Source: Candidatus Saccharimonadia bacterium
Lineage (GTDB): Bacteria > Patescibacteriota > Saccharimonadia > UBA4664
Length of the DNA: 64,000 bases
Direction of reading: 5' to 3'
Assembly: GCA_035544015.1 (NCBI GenBank)
Contig: DATKIP010000076.1
Location: 192,299 to 256,298 of the forward strand
Position 1 is the first letter of the stretch, and every line of letters starts with the position of its first letter. This document shows positions 19,296-29,436 of this stretch, one piece after another. Under the pieces are notes generated by a model. It did no database searches. It saw nothing but the letters and a program-made list of their open reading frames with translations, and was not told the origin of the DNA. The position numbers and the translations under genes were made by a program.

Positions 19296-20483
19296 TTAGC
19301 GCCCCGTGGCGCGCTTAAACGCCGCCAGCCCCTTGTCGCAATCTTCGCGGCTAAAGCTCGCCGATACAATCACTCGTATCCGCGCCGTACCCTTGGGCAC
19401 CATCGGAAACACAATGGGGGTCGCGAACACGCCGTCGTCAAACAACTTTGCGCTCACCTCGCGCGCCGTGTCTTCGTCGCCGAGCATCACCGGAATAATC
19501 GGCGTTTCCGAGTGTCCAATATCAAACCCAAGCTCCGTAAAGCCTTTGCGCAGGTAGTCTACGTTGTCCCACAGCTTCTGTACCAGGTCCTGCGACTCGT
19601 CCAAAATCCGCACCGCCTCCAGCGCTGCCGCCGTATCCGGGATCGTCAGCGCAATCGAAAACAGCCGCTGTCGCGCCTTTGCGTTGTAAAAATTAATCAG
19701 TTCATGACGGCCCGCAATGAACCCGCCCATCACCGAAAACGCCTTGGACAAGCTGCCCACCTCGATGTCCACCTGGCCCACGAGCCCAAAATGGTCCACC
19801 ACGCCGCGTCCGCCTTTGCCCATCACGCCCTCGCCGTGGGCATCGTCCACCATCGTTATGGCGTCGTACTGCTTCGCCAGCTCCACAATCCGCGGCAACG
19901 GCGCCAGGTCGCCATCCATCGAAAACACCCCGTCGGTCACGATCAGCACGAGCAGCGCGCTGCCATCGGCTTTGGGCGTGGCCCGCAACTCCGCCGCCTC
20001 CTGTAGCTTAGCCTCCAGGTCGGCCATATCGGCATGCGCATACACCAATTTCTGCTTCACCCCGCTCAGTCGCACCGCATCGATAATCGACGCATGGTTG
20101 AGCGCATCCGAAATCACGATATCTTCCTTGCCCAAAATCGTCTGAATCGCCGCCGCATTGGCCGCGTAGGCACTCGAAAGCACCATGGCGCCTTGCGTGC
20201 CCTTAAACTTCGCAATGCTCCGCTCCAGCTCCAGATGCAGCTCATGCGTCCCCGCTAGCGTGCGGTACCCCGTGCCGATGCCGTATTTCGCCATTGCTTC
20301 AGTCGCCGCCTGCCTCAAGCGCGCGTCCACCGCGAAGCCCAGATAATGGCTCGAGCAAAAGTTGAGCCGCGGCTGCCCGTCAATCGTGAGGTACGCTCCC
20401 TGCCCGCTCGTAATCACGCGCGGCGGCTTATAGCCTTTTTCGGCCTCAGATAGTTTTTGGTAGAATTCGTCAGTAGTCTTCAT
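19296..20483 (-). CDS. kbl: 2-amino-3-ketobutyrate CoA ligase (glycine C-acetyltransferase) / AONS-family PLP enzyme
   Basis: Class-II aminotransferase fold, Kbl/BioF family (NFCSSHYLGF, PLP-Lys region SLSKAF). Start taken at MKTTDEFY; an in-frame ATG 11 codons upstream is also possible. Confidence 0.8.
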   Translation of the reverse strand: MKTTDEFYQKLSEAEKGYKPPRVITSGQGAYLTIDGQPRLNFCSSHYLGFAVDARLRQAATEAMAKYGIGTGYRTLAGTHELHLELERSIAKFKGTQGAMVLSSAYAANAAAIQTILGKEDIVISDALNHASIIDAVRLSGVKQKLVYAHADMADLEAKLQEAAELRATPKADGSALLVLIVTDGVFSMDGDLAPLPRIVELAKQYDAITMVDDAHGEGVMGKGGRGVVDHFGLVGQVDIEVGSLSKAFSVMGGFIAGRHELINFYNAKARQRLFSIALTIPDTAAALEAVRILDESQDLVQKLWDNVDYLRKGFTELGFDIGHSETPIIPVMLGDEDTAREVSAKLFDDGVFATPIVFPMVPKGTARIRVIVSASFSREDCDKGLAAFKRATGR

Positions 20484-20484
20484 A

Positions 20485-20976
20485 ATGGCACTTAGTCTAC
20501 GCCTCCGCAGCGTCATCTGCCAGTGGTATAATCCGCTTATGCTAAAACTTCAACGTCTCTTCCGCATCCTCCTCATCCCCATGGCTGTAGTACTGCCCGC
20601 CTGGGTAACGCTATCACACAGCGGGTGGCTGTCGATTATTTATATATTCACCTTCGGTCCCGCGGTGTTCGTCGCCCTCTTGGTCATCGGCTTCATCATC
20701 AGCGGCCGCCCCGACGTCAAAAAATCCGGACTCGTCAGCCGCCCCGACGTGTGGCTGCTCGGCGCGCTCTACCTATCGCTGCTCCTATTCGGCTTCTTCG
20801 TGGTCGACGGCGGCGACACCAGCGAGAGCCTCAATTCCGTCTCCATGACCGTCTTCGGCCGCGGCTTTGAGCCCGCCACCGAATTACTCCAGGCATGGCT
20901 CGGCATCAGCTCAATCCTACTCGCGATCATCACCTTTATTTTTGCAATATTCGAAAGATTTAAGCGCCACTCCTAA
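20485..20976 (+). CDS. Hypothetical integral membrane protein
   Basis: 4 TM helices. Followed by an 11-bp hairpin (AATTACCTCCC...GGGAGGTAATT) at 21000-21040. Confidence 0.4.
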   Translation: MALSLRLRSVICQWYNPLMLKLQRLFRILLIPMAVVLPAWVTLSHSGWLSIIYIFTFGPAVFVALLVIGFIISGRPDVKKSGLVSRPDVWLLGALYLSLLLFGFFVVDGGDTSESLNSVSMTVFGRGFEPATELLQAWLGISSILLAIITFIFAIFERFKRHS

Positions 20977-21099
20977 TTGAGGCGGACCACTCATCGGTAA
21001 ATTACCTCCCTTTTGGGTACTACCCATTTGGGAGGTAATTCCGATGCAACAACCCAAACCGGTTCCGTGCCCAGCTCCGGCGAATGGTAGAGTAAAACA

Positions 21100-21441
21100 A
21101 TGCCAATACTAAACGCCTATTACACGAGCCCCGAGCAGCTTCGCATCATGGAGGAAATGACGCCCGCCATAAAGCAGTTCGTAGCCGCTCAGCTGACGTG
21201 TGGCGAGCTGAGCCTCAGTCCTGGCGAGGTCACGGTCCGCCTAATGCAAGTAGAAGGTAGCGGCATGATCGGCGATGTCGAGATCGACATGGTCGCGCAT
21301 GAGTTTCAAGAAAGGGTGGAAGACCAAGACGGAATCTGTCAGCGCGTGAAAGCGTACCTCGAACAAGCTTCGCCAGGCCTCGGGGAGGTCCGCGTCTGGC
21401 TCAACCTGGGGCAGCTTGGCCACAGCTGGAAGGCGCAATAG
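21100..21441 (+). CDS. Putative tautomerase-superfamily protein (N-terminal Met-Pro)
   Basis: Begins MPILNAYYT; Pro1 is the catalytic residue of 4-OT/MIF tautomerases. Size 113 aa. Confidence 0.35.
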   Translation: MPILNAYYTSPEQLRIMEEMTPAIKQFVAAQLTCGELSLSPGEVTVRLMQVEGSGMIGDVEIDMVAHEFQERVEDQDGICQRVKAYLEQASPGLGEVRVWLNLGQLGHSWKAQ

Positions 21442-21504
21442 CGCCTAAATCGATCCCCTCCTCATAGCCCCTGGCGGGGGAGCGCCGCCTTCTCGCCAGG
21501 GGCT

Positions 21505-22917
21505 CTAAAACCGGTTCCAAAGCCACTGATTCGTCACCTCGTGGTGATACAAAATCTCCGAATCCTTAATGGCTGTCCCCAGCTCGCGCGGATTGCGGTC
21601 GGCCGATTGCCGTTTGTAGTCCAAGTATTTCTCCTTCGAGTCCTCGCCCATAATCACGCCCGTGAGGTCGCTGGCCTTAAACAGCCGCATCGCATCCTTA
21701 ACGGTACCCGGCAAAAACCGCAGCCGTGAGCGCTTTTCGGCCGATTCCGCCTCCGGTTTCTTGTCTTCCATGCCCACCTTCAGGAGCGTAAACAGCAGCA
21801 GGTACGGATTCGTGTCCGGCGCCACCGACCGCACCTCGATGCGGGCCGTTTTCTCGTTGCCAAACGGAATCCGAATCATCGACCCGCGATCATTGGCGCT
21901 CACCTTGATCTGATTCGGCGCCTCAAAGTTCGGGTCGAGCCGCCGGTAGGCATTCACGCTCGAGTTGAGCACCAGGCAAATTTCCGGCGCCCGCGCCAGC
22001 AATTTTTCAATAAACCCCCACGCCAGCGGCGACAAGCCATCTGGACCCTTCGGATCGTGGAAGACATTTCGGCCGTCCTTGGCCAGCGAAAAATTCGTGT
22101 GCATGCCCGAGCCATTAATCCCCTGGATCGGTTTGGGCAAAAATGTCGCCGTCATGTCCATCCGCCGCGCAATCTGCCGGCACACCAGCTTGTACAGCTG
22201 CACCTGGTCGCAGGCCCGCACCACATCCGTGTACGAAAAGTTAATCTCAAACTGGCTGGGCGCCACCTCCGGGTGATCCTTCTCATTGCGAAATCCCAGC
22301 GCCCGCTGCGCTTCGGCCGCCGCATCAATGAATTGCCGCAGCCGGTCGAGCGGCAGCGAGTGGAAGTAGCCGCCGGTCGAGATCAGCTCAAACCCCTCAG
22401 TGCCGGCGTAGTGCTGCTCCGCATCAATGCCGTCGAGCAAAAAGCCCTCCAGCTCCGGCGCCATAAACGCTTCCAACCCATCCCCGGCCTTCATCTCACG
22501 GGTATAGGCTTGCAACCGCCCGCGAAAATCCGCCTCATAAGGCTTAAGCTCCCGGTCTGCCACATTGGCCCACACGATCACCTTGCCCGGACCAAACACA
22601 TCAGCCGGCAGGTGCGTGAGGCTCGTCCAATCCACGAGCAGCCGCAGATCGCTCTCGTGCAGCTGGCTAAACCCCCGGATCGACGACCCATCAAACGTCA
22701 GGTTCTCCAGCGACGCCAGCAAAAACTTTTTGTCGTAATCCAACATATGCAGCCGGCCCTCAATGTCCGAAAAACACACGGTGACCGCCTTAATCCGCGC
22801 TTCCTTTTCCAGGTAGCCCACATGCTCAGCCTTCGCTGCCTCTGGGTCGGTGAGGCGCCGCGCCGCTAGGTTCATTTGCTCAAGTTCGTCGTATGGCAGG
22901 TCGAGAAACATCTTCAT
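21505..22917 (-). CDS. glnA: Glutamine synthetase family protein (GlnA-like catalytic domain)
   Basis: 470 aa with a GS beta-grasp N-domain and a catalytic domain carrying conserved Glu/His/Arg clusters (FGNEKTARIEVRS...). Confidence 0.8.
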   Translation of the reverse strand: MKMFLDLPYDELEQMNLAARRLTDPEAAKAEHVGYLEKEARIKAVTVCFSDIEGRLHMLDYDKKFLLASLENLTFDGSSIRGFSQLHESDLRLLVDWTSLTHLPADVFGPGKVIVWANVADRELKPYEADFRGRLQAYTREMKAGDGLEAFMAPELEGFLLDGIDAEQHYAGTEGFELISTGGYFHSLPLDRLRQFIDAAAEAQRALGFRNEKDHPEVAPSQFEINFSYTDVVRACDQVQLYKLVCRQIARRMDMTATFLPKPIQGINGSGMHTNFSLAKDGRNVFHDPKGPDGLSPLAWGFIEKLLARAPEICLVLNSSVNAYRRLDPNFEAPNQIKVSANDRGSMIRIPFGNEKTARIEVRSVAPDTNPYLLLFTLLKVGMEDKKPEAESAEKRSRLRFLPGTVKDAMRLFKASDLTGVIMGEDSKEKYLDYKRQSADRNPRELGTAIKDSEILYHHEVTNQWLWNRF

Positions 22918-23003
22918 ATCTCCGTAATTAGTCTTACCATATTGATAATTAATACTATTGTCAAAGCAATAAACTTAAAATCGCCCGTATTCACATAACG
23001 CTT

Positions 23004-23243
23004 GTGGCTACGCCCAAATCGACGTACAGTAAACCCATGCAAGACCTCCCCAAAACCCCTGCCCGCACTACACGCACCCGCGACAATTTCCTAGCCGAAG
23101 CCGTCCGGCCCCGAGGCCCGCGCCTCACCTACGGCGACGGGTTCCGCCTTGGTATTGGCATCATCACCGCCCAACTCCTCATCGGCCTCCTCGTTGGCGG
23201 CCTCACGTGGGCGCTGATGGTTGCCTTTAAGCTTCATATATAG
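23004..23243 (+). CDS. Hypothetical small membrane protein
   Basis: 79 aa with a C-terminal TM helix. Confidence 0.3.
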   Translation: MATPKSTYSKPMQDLPKTPARTTRTRDNFLAEAVRPRGPRLTYGDGFRLGIGIITAQLLIGLLVGGLTWALMVAFKLHI

Positions 23244-23284
23244 TAATCTTTGCTCTTGTTGACCCTACGGGTGGTCAAACATAT

Positions 23285-23361
23285 GGGGCTATAGCTCAGT
23301 TGGCTAGAGCGTCTGCATGGCATGCAGAAGGTCCAGGGTTCGAGTCCCTGTAGCTCCACCA
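23285..23361 (+). tRNA. tRNA-Ala (anticodon GGC), CCA encoded
   Basis: Acceptor GGGGCTA/TAGCTCC with G3:U70, anticodon loop ATGGCAT, T-loop GGTTCGAGTCC. Confidence 0.9.
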
Positions 23362-23453
23362 GGAATTATTTATTTGAACCCCGACCCCAGTTTGACACCT
23401 CAAGCATAAGTGCGATAATAAACCCACATAAAGGGTAAAAACAAAACAACATC

Positions 23454-23774
23454 ATGAATAATCATCTGCACGATCAGCGTGGCGTGGCCATGGTTCTCGA
23501 GTTGGTGCTGGTGGCGGCTGTGCTCGGGCTCGTGGGCGTGGCGCTCTACCAGTCGTCGCACCGCGGCGGCCCCGCCGCCTCGGTCACGAGCACCCCCACG
23601 CCGGCCGCTAAGGCCGCCGTGAGCGTGGCCAATGCCGCAGCCGCCATTAGCGAGACCGAATCGGCCTCCGATGCCAACCTCAGTGCCACCGCCGAAGATT
23701 CAGCCGGCATCGCCGCCGAGCCCGATGTAGACATCACTAATCTAGGAGGCAGCGCCAGTGAAAACGCTTACTAG
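23454..23774 (+). CDS. Hypothetical small membrane/secreted protein
   Basis: N-terminal hydrophobic segment, Ala/Ser-rich. Confidence 0.3.
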   Translation: MNNHLHDQRGVAMVLELVLVAAVLGLVGVALYQSSHRGGPAASVTSTPTPAAKAAVSVANAAAAISETESASDANLSATAEDSAGIAAEPDVDITNLGGSASENAY

Positions 23775-24543
23775 ATTATTGCTAGCAGCCACCTTGACCA
23801 GCGTGCTCCTGCCCGGCATCGCCGCCGCCAAAGACAGCGCTAGCCCCACCCGCCAGGGGGACGCCCAGGCTAAAGTCAAAATCGACGGCAGCCAGTTTTG
23901 CTCGCGCTATGCCGACGCCACCACCACCGTTACTACCGAAACCGCCGACCGCTTCGGCAAACTCAGCGATAATTTTGCCGCCCGCAGCCAAAAGGTAAAC
24001 GACCAATTTGCCGATGTGGCAGCCAAAATAGCCGCCAACCGGGCCGACGTCGACGCCAAACTCACTGCCAAACTGGCCGAACTCGACACCAAGGCCACTA
24101 CCGAGGCCCAAAAAGCCGCCGTGGCCGAATACAAAGCCAGCGTGCTCACCGCCCGCGCCGCCCGCCGCGCCACCGTAGACGCTGCCGATGCCGCCTTCAA
24201 GGCCGCGGTGGCCGGCTCCGTCACCGCTCGGCAAAATCAGCTGCGGGCCGCCGCGACCGCCTACAAAACCGCCGTCGCCAAGGCCCTAGCCGACGCCAAA
24301 GCCAGCTGCGCGGCCGGTGCCAGTGCCGCCACCGTGCGCGCCAGCCTCAAAACCGCCCTGGACACCGCTCGCGCCAACCTCGAAACCGCCCGCCAGGCCG
24401 CCGACAAAGTCGGACCCAACCTCGACGCCGCCAAGACCGCCCGCAAAGCCGCGGTCGATCAGGCCAACACCACCTTCAGGGCCGCCATCAAAGCCGCTCT
24501 CGCCAAACTCCGGGCCGCCCTCGGCGTGACACCCGCTCCCTAG
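23758..24543 (+). CDS. Secreted Ala-rich coiled-coil protein (apolipoprotein-like), hypothetical
   Basis: Signal peptide MKTLTRLLLAATLTSVLLPGIAAA, then Ala/Lys/Thr-rich heptad-like repeats. Confidence 0.45.
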   Translation: MKTLTRLLLAATLTSVLLPGIAAAKDSASPTRQGDAQAKVKIDGSQFCSRYADATTTVTTETADRFGKLSDNFAARSQKVNDQFADVAAKIAANRADVDAKLTAKLAELDTKATTEAQKAAVAEYKASVLTARAARRATVDAADAAFKAAVAGSVTARQNQLRAAATAYKTAVAKALADAKASCAAGASAATVRASLKTALDTARANLETARQAADKVGPNLDAAKTARKAAVDQANTTFRAAIKAALAKLRAALGVTPAP

Positions 24544-24634
24544 CCACGCCTACGTATCGCGAGCTCGGATCACACTCACCACGGAATTACTACCATCTGG
24601 AGTATGTACCCAGAAGGTAGTAAAATGCCGACCC

Positions 24635-25042
24635 ATGGACCCCTACTCACAAGCTCCCAAGCCGCTGCGCCCGGCAGAATTCTACGCCCTCCTGGCCCTT
24701 GCGCGTCGAGAGCTCCACGGCTATGCCCTGCGGAGCCAGATCATCAAAGACTCGCTGGGCGGCGTCATACTCCCGCCCAACAAGCAATACCCGCTACTCA
24801 CCAGACTCCAAGATGAGGGATTTGTCGATCTCATTGGCAAGCGCCCAGTCGGCACACAGGCCAAAGAGCGTCACGTTTACGGCCTCTCGCCGCACGGCGC
24901 CCTTCGCCTCCGCGAAGAATTAACCCGTCTGCATCACGCCGTCGAAATCGCCCAAAACGCCCATCTCCTCGAGCCCCCCAAGCTCTCCCCGGACATCCAG
25001 CGCCTGCTACTTGACCTCGAAATCAGCGCCGAGCGCCGCTAA
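24635..25042 (+). CDS. PadR-family transcriptional regulator
   Basis: FYALLALARRELHGYALRSQI...YPLLTRLQDEGFV winged HTH. Confidence 0.75.
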   Translation: MDPYSQAPKPLRPAEFYALLALARRELHGYALRSQIIKDSLGGVILPPNKQYPLLTRLQDEGFVDLIGKRPVGTQAKERHVYGLSPHGALRLREELTRLHHAVEIAQNAHLLEPPKLSPDIQRLLLDLEISAERR

Positions 25043-26311
25043 TTTGTCCCACAATTTCTCATAACCGCGATCCAAGTGATGCACCCCCGTGAGCGTGCTC
25101 TCGCCGGTCGCCACCAGCGCTGCGATCACCTGCGCCATCCCCGCGCGAATGTCAGGAATATCAATCGTCGTAGCGTGTAAGGGCGTGGGGCCTTTGATGA
25201 CCGCCGAATGTCGTTCCGAATGGTGTTGAAACCGGCACGGCAGCTCGCCCAGGCACTTCGCGAACACCCCGATGTCGGCCCCCATGCGCCGCAAATCTTC
25301 GGTGTAACCAAAGCGGTCCTCATACACCGTCTCGTGCACTACCGAAATTCCTTTGGCTTGGGTGAGCGTCACCACGGTCGGCTGCTGCCAATCCGTCGCA
25401 AATCCCGGGTAGGTGTCGGTCTCGAGCTCGACTCCCACGAGCCCTCCCGGCCCCCGCCGAAAGCGAATCCCCTCGGGCAGCACCTCATAGTCGCCGCCAA
25501 TCCGCCGCACGGTGTTCAAGAACGTCACCATGTCACTCTGCCGCGCATCTTCGACGATAATCTCCCCATCAGTAGCCAGCGCCAGGTTCGCAAACGACGC
25601 TGCCTCCAAGCGATCCGGCAATACGCGAAATTTGGCTCCGTGAAGCTTTTCTACGCCATCAATCGTGAGCACCCGGTTGGCGCCCAGCTCAATAATCGCC
25701 CCCATTTGCTGCAAAAATTTCACAATCTCAGTAATTTCCGGCTCCACCGCCGCGTTTTCGATCCGCGTACGGCCCTTCGCCAGCACCCCGGCCAGCATCA
25801 CCGATTCAGTGGCGCCTACGCTCGGGAAGGGGAGTGTAACCGTGGTGCCGTGCAGACCCCCCTTGGGTGCCCGCGCGCGGTAATACTCTTCGTGCTCCTC
25901 GATCACCGCGCCCATCTGCTCCAGCGCCCGCAGGTGGAAATTCACCGGCCGCGGGCCGATCGCATCCCCGCCCACACGTGGCACCTCCGCCTCGCCGGAC
26001 CGATGGAGTAGCGGCGCCAGGGCCAAAATCGAAATCCGGTTGGCGCGGCTCATCTTGGCCACGCGCGTACTCGTCACGCTCGGGGTATGCAGCGTCACGT
26101 GCCCGCCGTCGCGCCGCACATGGGCTCCCACCGCCGCGCAAATCTCGGCCGTGATCGATAATTCCTCAATCTGGGGACAATTTTCGAGCTCAACCTCCTC
26201 GTCAGTCAAAAGACTGGCGATCATCATTTTCGAAGCTGCGTTTTTGGCACCGGCCACGCGCACACGGCCGGATAGGGCACGGCCACCCCGTATCGTGAGA
26301 ATTTTAATCAT
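25007..26311 (-). CDS. murA: UDP-N-acetylglucosamine 1-carboxyvinyltransferase
   Basis: ILTIRGGRALSGRVRVAGAKNAA N-terminal signature. EPSP-synthase fold length 434 aa. Confidence 0.9.
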   Translation of the reverse strand: MIKILTIRGGRALSGRVRVAGAKNAASKMMIASLLTDEEVELENCPQIEELSITAEICAAVGAHVRRDGGHVTLHTPSVTSTRVAKMSRANRISILALAPLLHRSGEAEVPRVGGDAIGPRPVNFHLRALEQMGAVIEEHEEYYRARAPKGGLHGTTVTLPFPSVGATESVMLAGVLAKGRTRIENAAVEPEITEIVKFLQQMGAIIELGANRVLTIDGVEKLHGAKFRVLPDRLEAASFANLALATDGEIIVEDARQSDMVTFLNTVRRIGGDYEVLPEGIRFRRGPGGLVGVELETDTYPGFATDWQQPTVVTLTQAKGISVVHETVYEDRFGYTEDLRRMGADIGVFAKCLGELPCRFQHHSERHSAVIKGPTPLHATTIDIPDIRAGMAQVIAALVATGESTLTGVHHLDRGYEKLWDKLAALGADFEVK

Positions 26312-26352
26312 AAGGAAATTCTAGCACGCGCCGGCGGTGTTATCATGCCTAT

Positions 26353-27579
26353 ATGAAACCCCTTCTGCGGCGCATTATCGCCAGCCTGTTTGAGCGCCAG
26401 GTCCGCCGCGTCATCGCGCGCCATCATCTCACCGTCGTGGCGGTGGCCGGCAGCGTTGGCAAAACCACCACCAAACAAGCCATAGCCACCGTTCTGAGCG
26501 AAAAATATCAAGTTTTGGTACATCCCGGCAATTACAATTCAGAGCTGGGGCTGCCATTATCGGTCTTTGAGCTCACTGTACCGGCCTCGCTGCTCAACCC
26601 CTTCGCCTGGATCTGGCGGCTCGTGCAGGCCGGGCGCCGCGTGCGTAATTACCCCTACCAAGTCCTCGTACTCGAGCTCGCCACCGACCATCCCGGCGAA
26701 ATCCCCCGCTATCTGCGCTATCTCACGCCCGATATCGGCGTGCTCACCGCGCTCACTCCCGAGCACATGGAAAACTTCCCCGGCGGCCTGGATGAGGTAG
26801 CGGCCGAAGAAATGGCCCTCGCCGGAGCATCCAAAATACTGGTGCTCAACGACGACGCGGTCCCCCAGAAATACCAAGACCAATATCTGGGCGACCATCC
26901 CAGCGTGCTCAAATACGGCCACAAAATCGGCGGAAACCATCCCTCAAACCCTCAGATTCTCGGCGATCACATGCGCCTGGCGCTGGACGCCGCCGCTCTG
27001 GTCGCTCGACAGCTCAAACTCACTCCTCACCAGATTCAAGCCGGCATTGAGCGCGTTCGGCCCGTCTCGGGGCGCATGAACCCGCTACCGGGTATAAATG
27101 GCACCGTCATCATCGATGATACCTATAATTCCAGCCCCGAAGCCATCGTAGCGGCCTTGACCGCGCTGGCCTCGTATCCTGCGAGCGGCCGCCGCATCGC
27201 CATCCTCGGCTCTATGAATGAGATGGGGTCGGCGTCGCCTCGCTACCACGAAGAGGCGGGGGTGGCCGCGGCCGGTGTAGACCTGCTCGTCACCATCGGC
27301 GCCCTAGCCAATACCTATCTGGGCCCAGCCGCCGTAAACGCCGGCCTCGACCCCACGCGCTGGAAGCCGGCCGATTCGCCGTACGTCGCCGGGGCGTTCC
27401 TCGGGCTCCTGCTTCAGCCCGGCGACGTAGTGCTCGCCAAAGGCTCCCAAAACGGCGTTTTCGCCGAAGAGGCCGTCAAGCTGCTGCTCGCCGACCCGGC
27501 CGATGCCGCTCATCTCGTGCGCCAATCACCCGCCTGGCTGCGCACCAAACGCGCCCAGTTTCCGGATGCGCAGGGGTAA
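26353..27579 (+). CDS. Mur ligase family protein (MurF-like)
   Basis: ATP-binding loop VAVAGSVGKTTTK. Mur ligase middle and C-terminal domains. Confidence 0.8.
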   Translation: MKPLLRRIIASLFERQVRRVIARHHLTVVAVAGSVGKTTTKQAIATVLSEKYQVLVHPGNYNSELGLPLSVFELTVPASLLNPFAWIWRLVQAGRRVRNYPYQVLVLELATDHPGEIPRYLRYLTPDIGVLTALTPEHMENFPGGLDEVAAEEMALAGASKILVLNDDAVPQKYQDQYLGDHPSVLKYGHKIGGNHPSNPQILGDHMRLALDAAALVARQLKLTPHQIQAGIERVRPVSGRMNPLPGINGTVIIDDTYNSSPEAIVAALTALASYPASGRRIAILGSMNEMGSASPRYHEEAGVAAAGVDLLVTIGALANTYLGPAAVNAGLDPTRWKPADSPYVAGAFLGLLLQPGDVVLAKGSQNGVFAEEAVKLLLADPADAAHLVRQSPAWLRTKRAQFPDAQG

Positions 27580-27587
27580 CCATTCTC

Positions 27588-27624
27588 GCTCTGCGCCACC
27601 CACACAGCGTGAGTGGCGCAGAGC
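27588..27624 (+). terminator. 12-bp hairpin after the Mur ligase gene
   Basis: GCTCTGCGCCAC-N13-GTGGCGCAGAGC. Confidence 0.45.
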
Positions 27625-27657
27625 TGCCGCCCCGTAACGGCGATGTTCAGCGGGACC

Positions 27658-28304
27658 CTACGCCTCCGGCCAACCGCTACTCAGCAGGTCGAGCGCCGCT
27701 AGAGTCTGCAGCACGCGCTGCACATAGCTCACCTCCGCCGACAGGTCGGCCGTGCCCGCCTGCTCCAGGAGCCGGTAGATCACGCGGCCGTCTCGATACC
27801 ACACACGCATGGCTCCCAGGCTCACGCCGTAGCCCGGCCCGGCTCGTTGACCCCACACGTCGACGTCGCATGGACGCAGCTCAATGCCCAGAGTCTGGAG
27901 CTTCGCCCGGTTCACGAGCACCACTGTTTCGCCCGTTTGCCCTCCCAGGAAGATCCGACTGAAGACTTCGCCGTGCCATCGTGGCCACAGCGCCGAGGGG
28001 TCGCCGGGGAAGGGCTCACTACGCGCAGCATCTGCACGCCCGTCTCCACTAGTGCCCTAACCGGCTCGATATAGGGCCGCTTGGCTATTGACCCCTCCAG
28101 CACCGCCACGCTAGCCTGCGCGGCCACCGTTTCGGCCTCAGGGAGCCCGACCCCATCATTGAGCGCCGCTTCGCGCGTGTGCAGCCAGGCCAGAAAGGCC
28201 GGGTGCTCCTGCCAGACGGCCCGGTTGTCGCCGCAGGCCAGAACGCGTAGGGCTTGCTCCTGCTCCGGCGTTTGCGTTGGCTCTTTGAGCCTTGTCACGA
28301 TCAC
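27658..28304 (-). CDS. Two abutting minus-strand ORFs (130 aa and 88 aa), hypothetical; possibly one frameshifted gene
   Basis: ORFs 27912-28304 and 27658-27924 overlap by 13 nt in different frames. No family recognised. Confidence 0.25.
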
Positions 28305-28362
28305 ATCCCCGTTCGTTCGGATTTTCGGACGCCATCACCATAGCCAGACAGTATCCGGGTCG

Positions 28363-29436
28363 TCAATGCCCGTGCAACACCAAATACTGCGTCATCATGC
28401 CCGCCTCCATGTGATCCGCCACGTGGCAGTGGAACATCCATAATCCCGCCGCATCCGGTATCATATCCACCGAGCGCATACTTGCTGGCAGTAGCTCCAC
28501 CACGTCGGTCGTGAGGCCGGTTTCCGTTTTTACCACGTTGCCATGCCAATGCGGCGTGTGCACATCGGGCTCGTTGCCCAGATCGAGCAAATGCCACCGC
28601 ACTCGGTCGCCCTGGTTCATGATGAACCCCGTGAGGTTGCTAAATATTCGGCCATTCATGGCGTGCTTTTGCGCGCCTTCATGTTCGTCGTCGGTCATGC
28701 CCGGCTTCGATTCATCAAAAATCATAAACAGCGCCACAAATTCGTGATCCACATCATCGGGCGAGCCGTCAGCCCGGGCATGCTGCGGCGAGGTGATGAT
28801 AATCGGCCCGATCACGCCGTCGTAAATATCGTCGGGCGTCACATGCGAGTGGTACAGCCACACCCGCGAGCTGCCCTGGCCGGGTTGCGGGCCGGCATCG
28901 GGCCGCACGTGCCAGGTGTAGGTGAACGACCCTCCGGGCGCCACCATCCCTCCGGCCGCCCCGGCGCTATCCCTCATCGCCTGCTGCATGGTCGCGGCGT
29001 CCAGCGGCCCTCCCGCGCCATCGTCGCCATCCATCATCATGGCGCCCTCATTCTCTTTGGTGTACTCCACCCCGTGCGGATGAATACTATAGGGCTTGGC
29101 AGCGCGATTTTTGAACACTACCTTAATGGTATCGCCCGGCACACCTCGGATAATCGGCCCCAAAATCCCCAGCCACTCCGCCTGCGGCTTTTTAGCAGTG
29201 AAGCTAGCATCGGTATATTCAATGTAGCGGGTTTTGCTATAGACCAGCTGATCGCTATAGGGCTGCGGCACCGGCCCGTGTGAGGCCAAATCGTGCCCAC
29301 CCGGCGCATAATTCCACTCCCCATCCTCGGCCGCAATATAATACGTGCGCGTGTGTGGATGGTAGGTCGAGCCATTCGTCAGAGCCGTCACCACCGCCAA
29401 TACCACCAATAAACCCACCGCGAAAAAGCGCCACAC
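28363..29436 (-). CDS. Multicopper oxidase (cupredoxin-domain), secreted/membrane-anchored
   Basis: Cu-binding motifs HSHV, HWHG and HCHVADHMEAGM. GTG start at 29436 with an AAGAGGA RBS and an N-terminal hydrophobic signal; the ORF stays open up to 29589. Confidence 0.75.
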   Translation of the reverse strand: MWRFFAVGLLVVLAVVTALTNGSTYHPHTRTYYIAAEDGEWNYAPGGHDLASHGPVPQPYSDQLVYSKTRYIEYTDASFTAKKPQAEWLGILGPIIRGVPGDTIKVVFKNRAAKPYSIHPHGVEYTKENEGAMMMDGDDGAGGPLDAATMQQAMRDSAGAAGGMVAPGGSFTYTWHVRPDAGPQPGQGSSRVWLYHSHVTPDDIYDGVIGPIIITSPQHARADGSPDDVDHEFVALFMIFDESKPGMTDDEHEGAQKHAMNGRIFSNLTGFIMNQGDRVRWHLLDLGNEPDVHTPHWHGNVVKTETGLTTDVVELLPASMRSVDMIPDAAGLWMFHCHVADHMEAGMMTQYLVLHGH

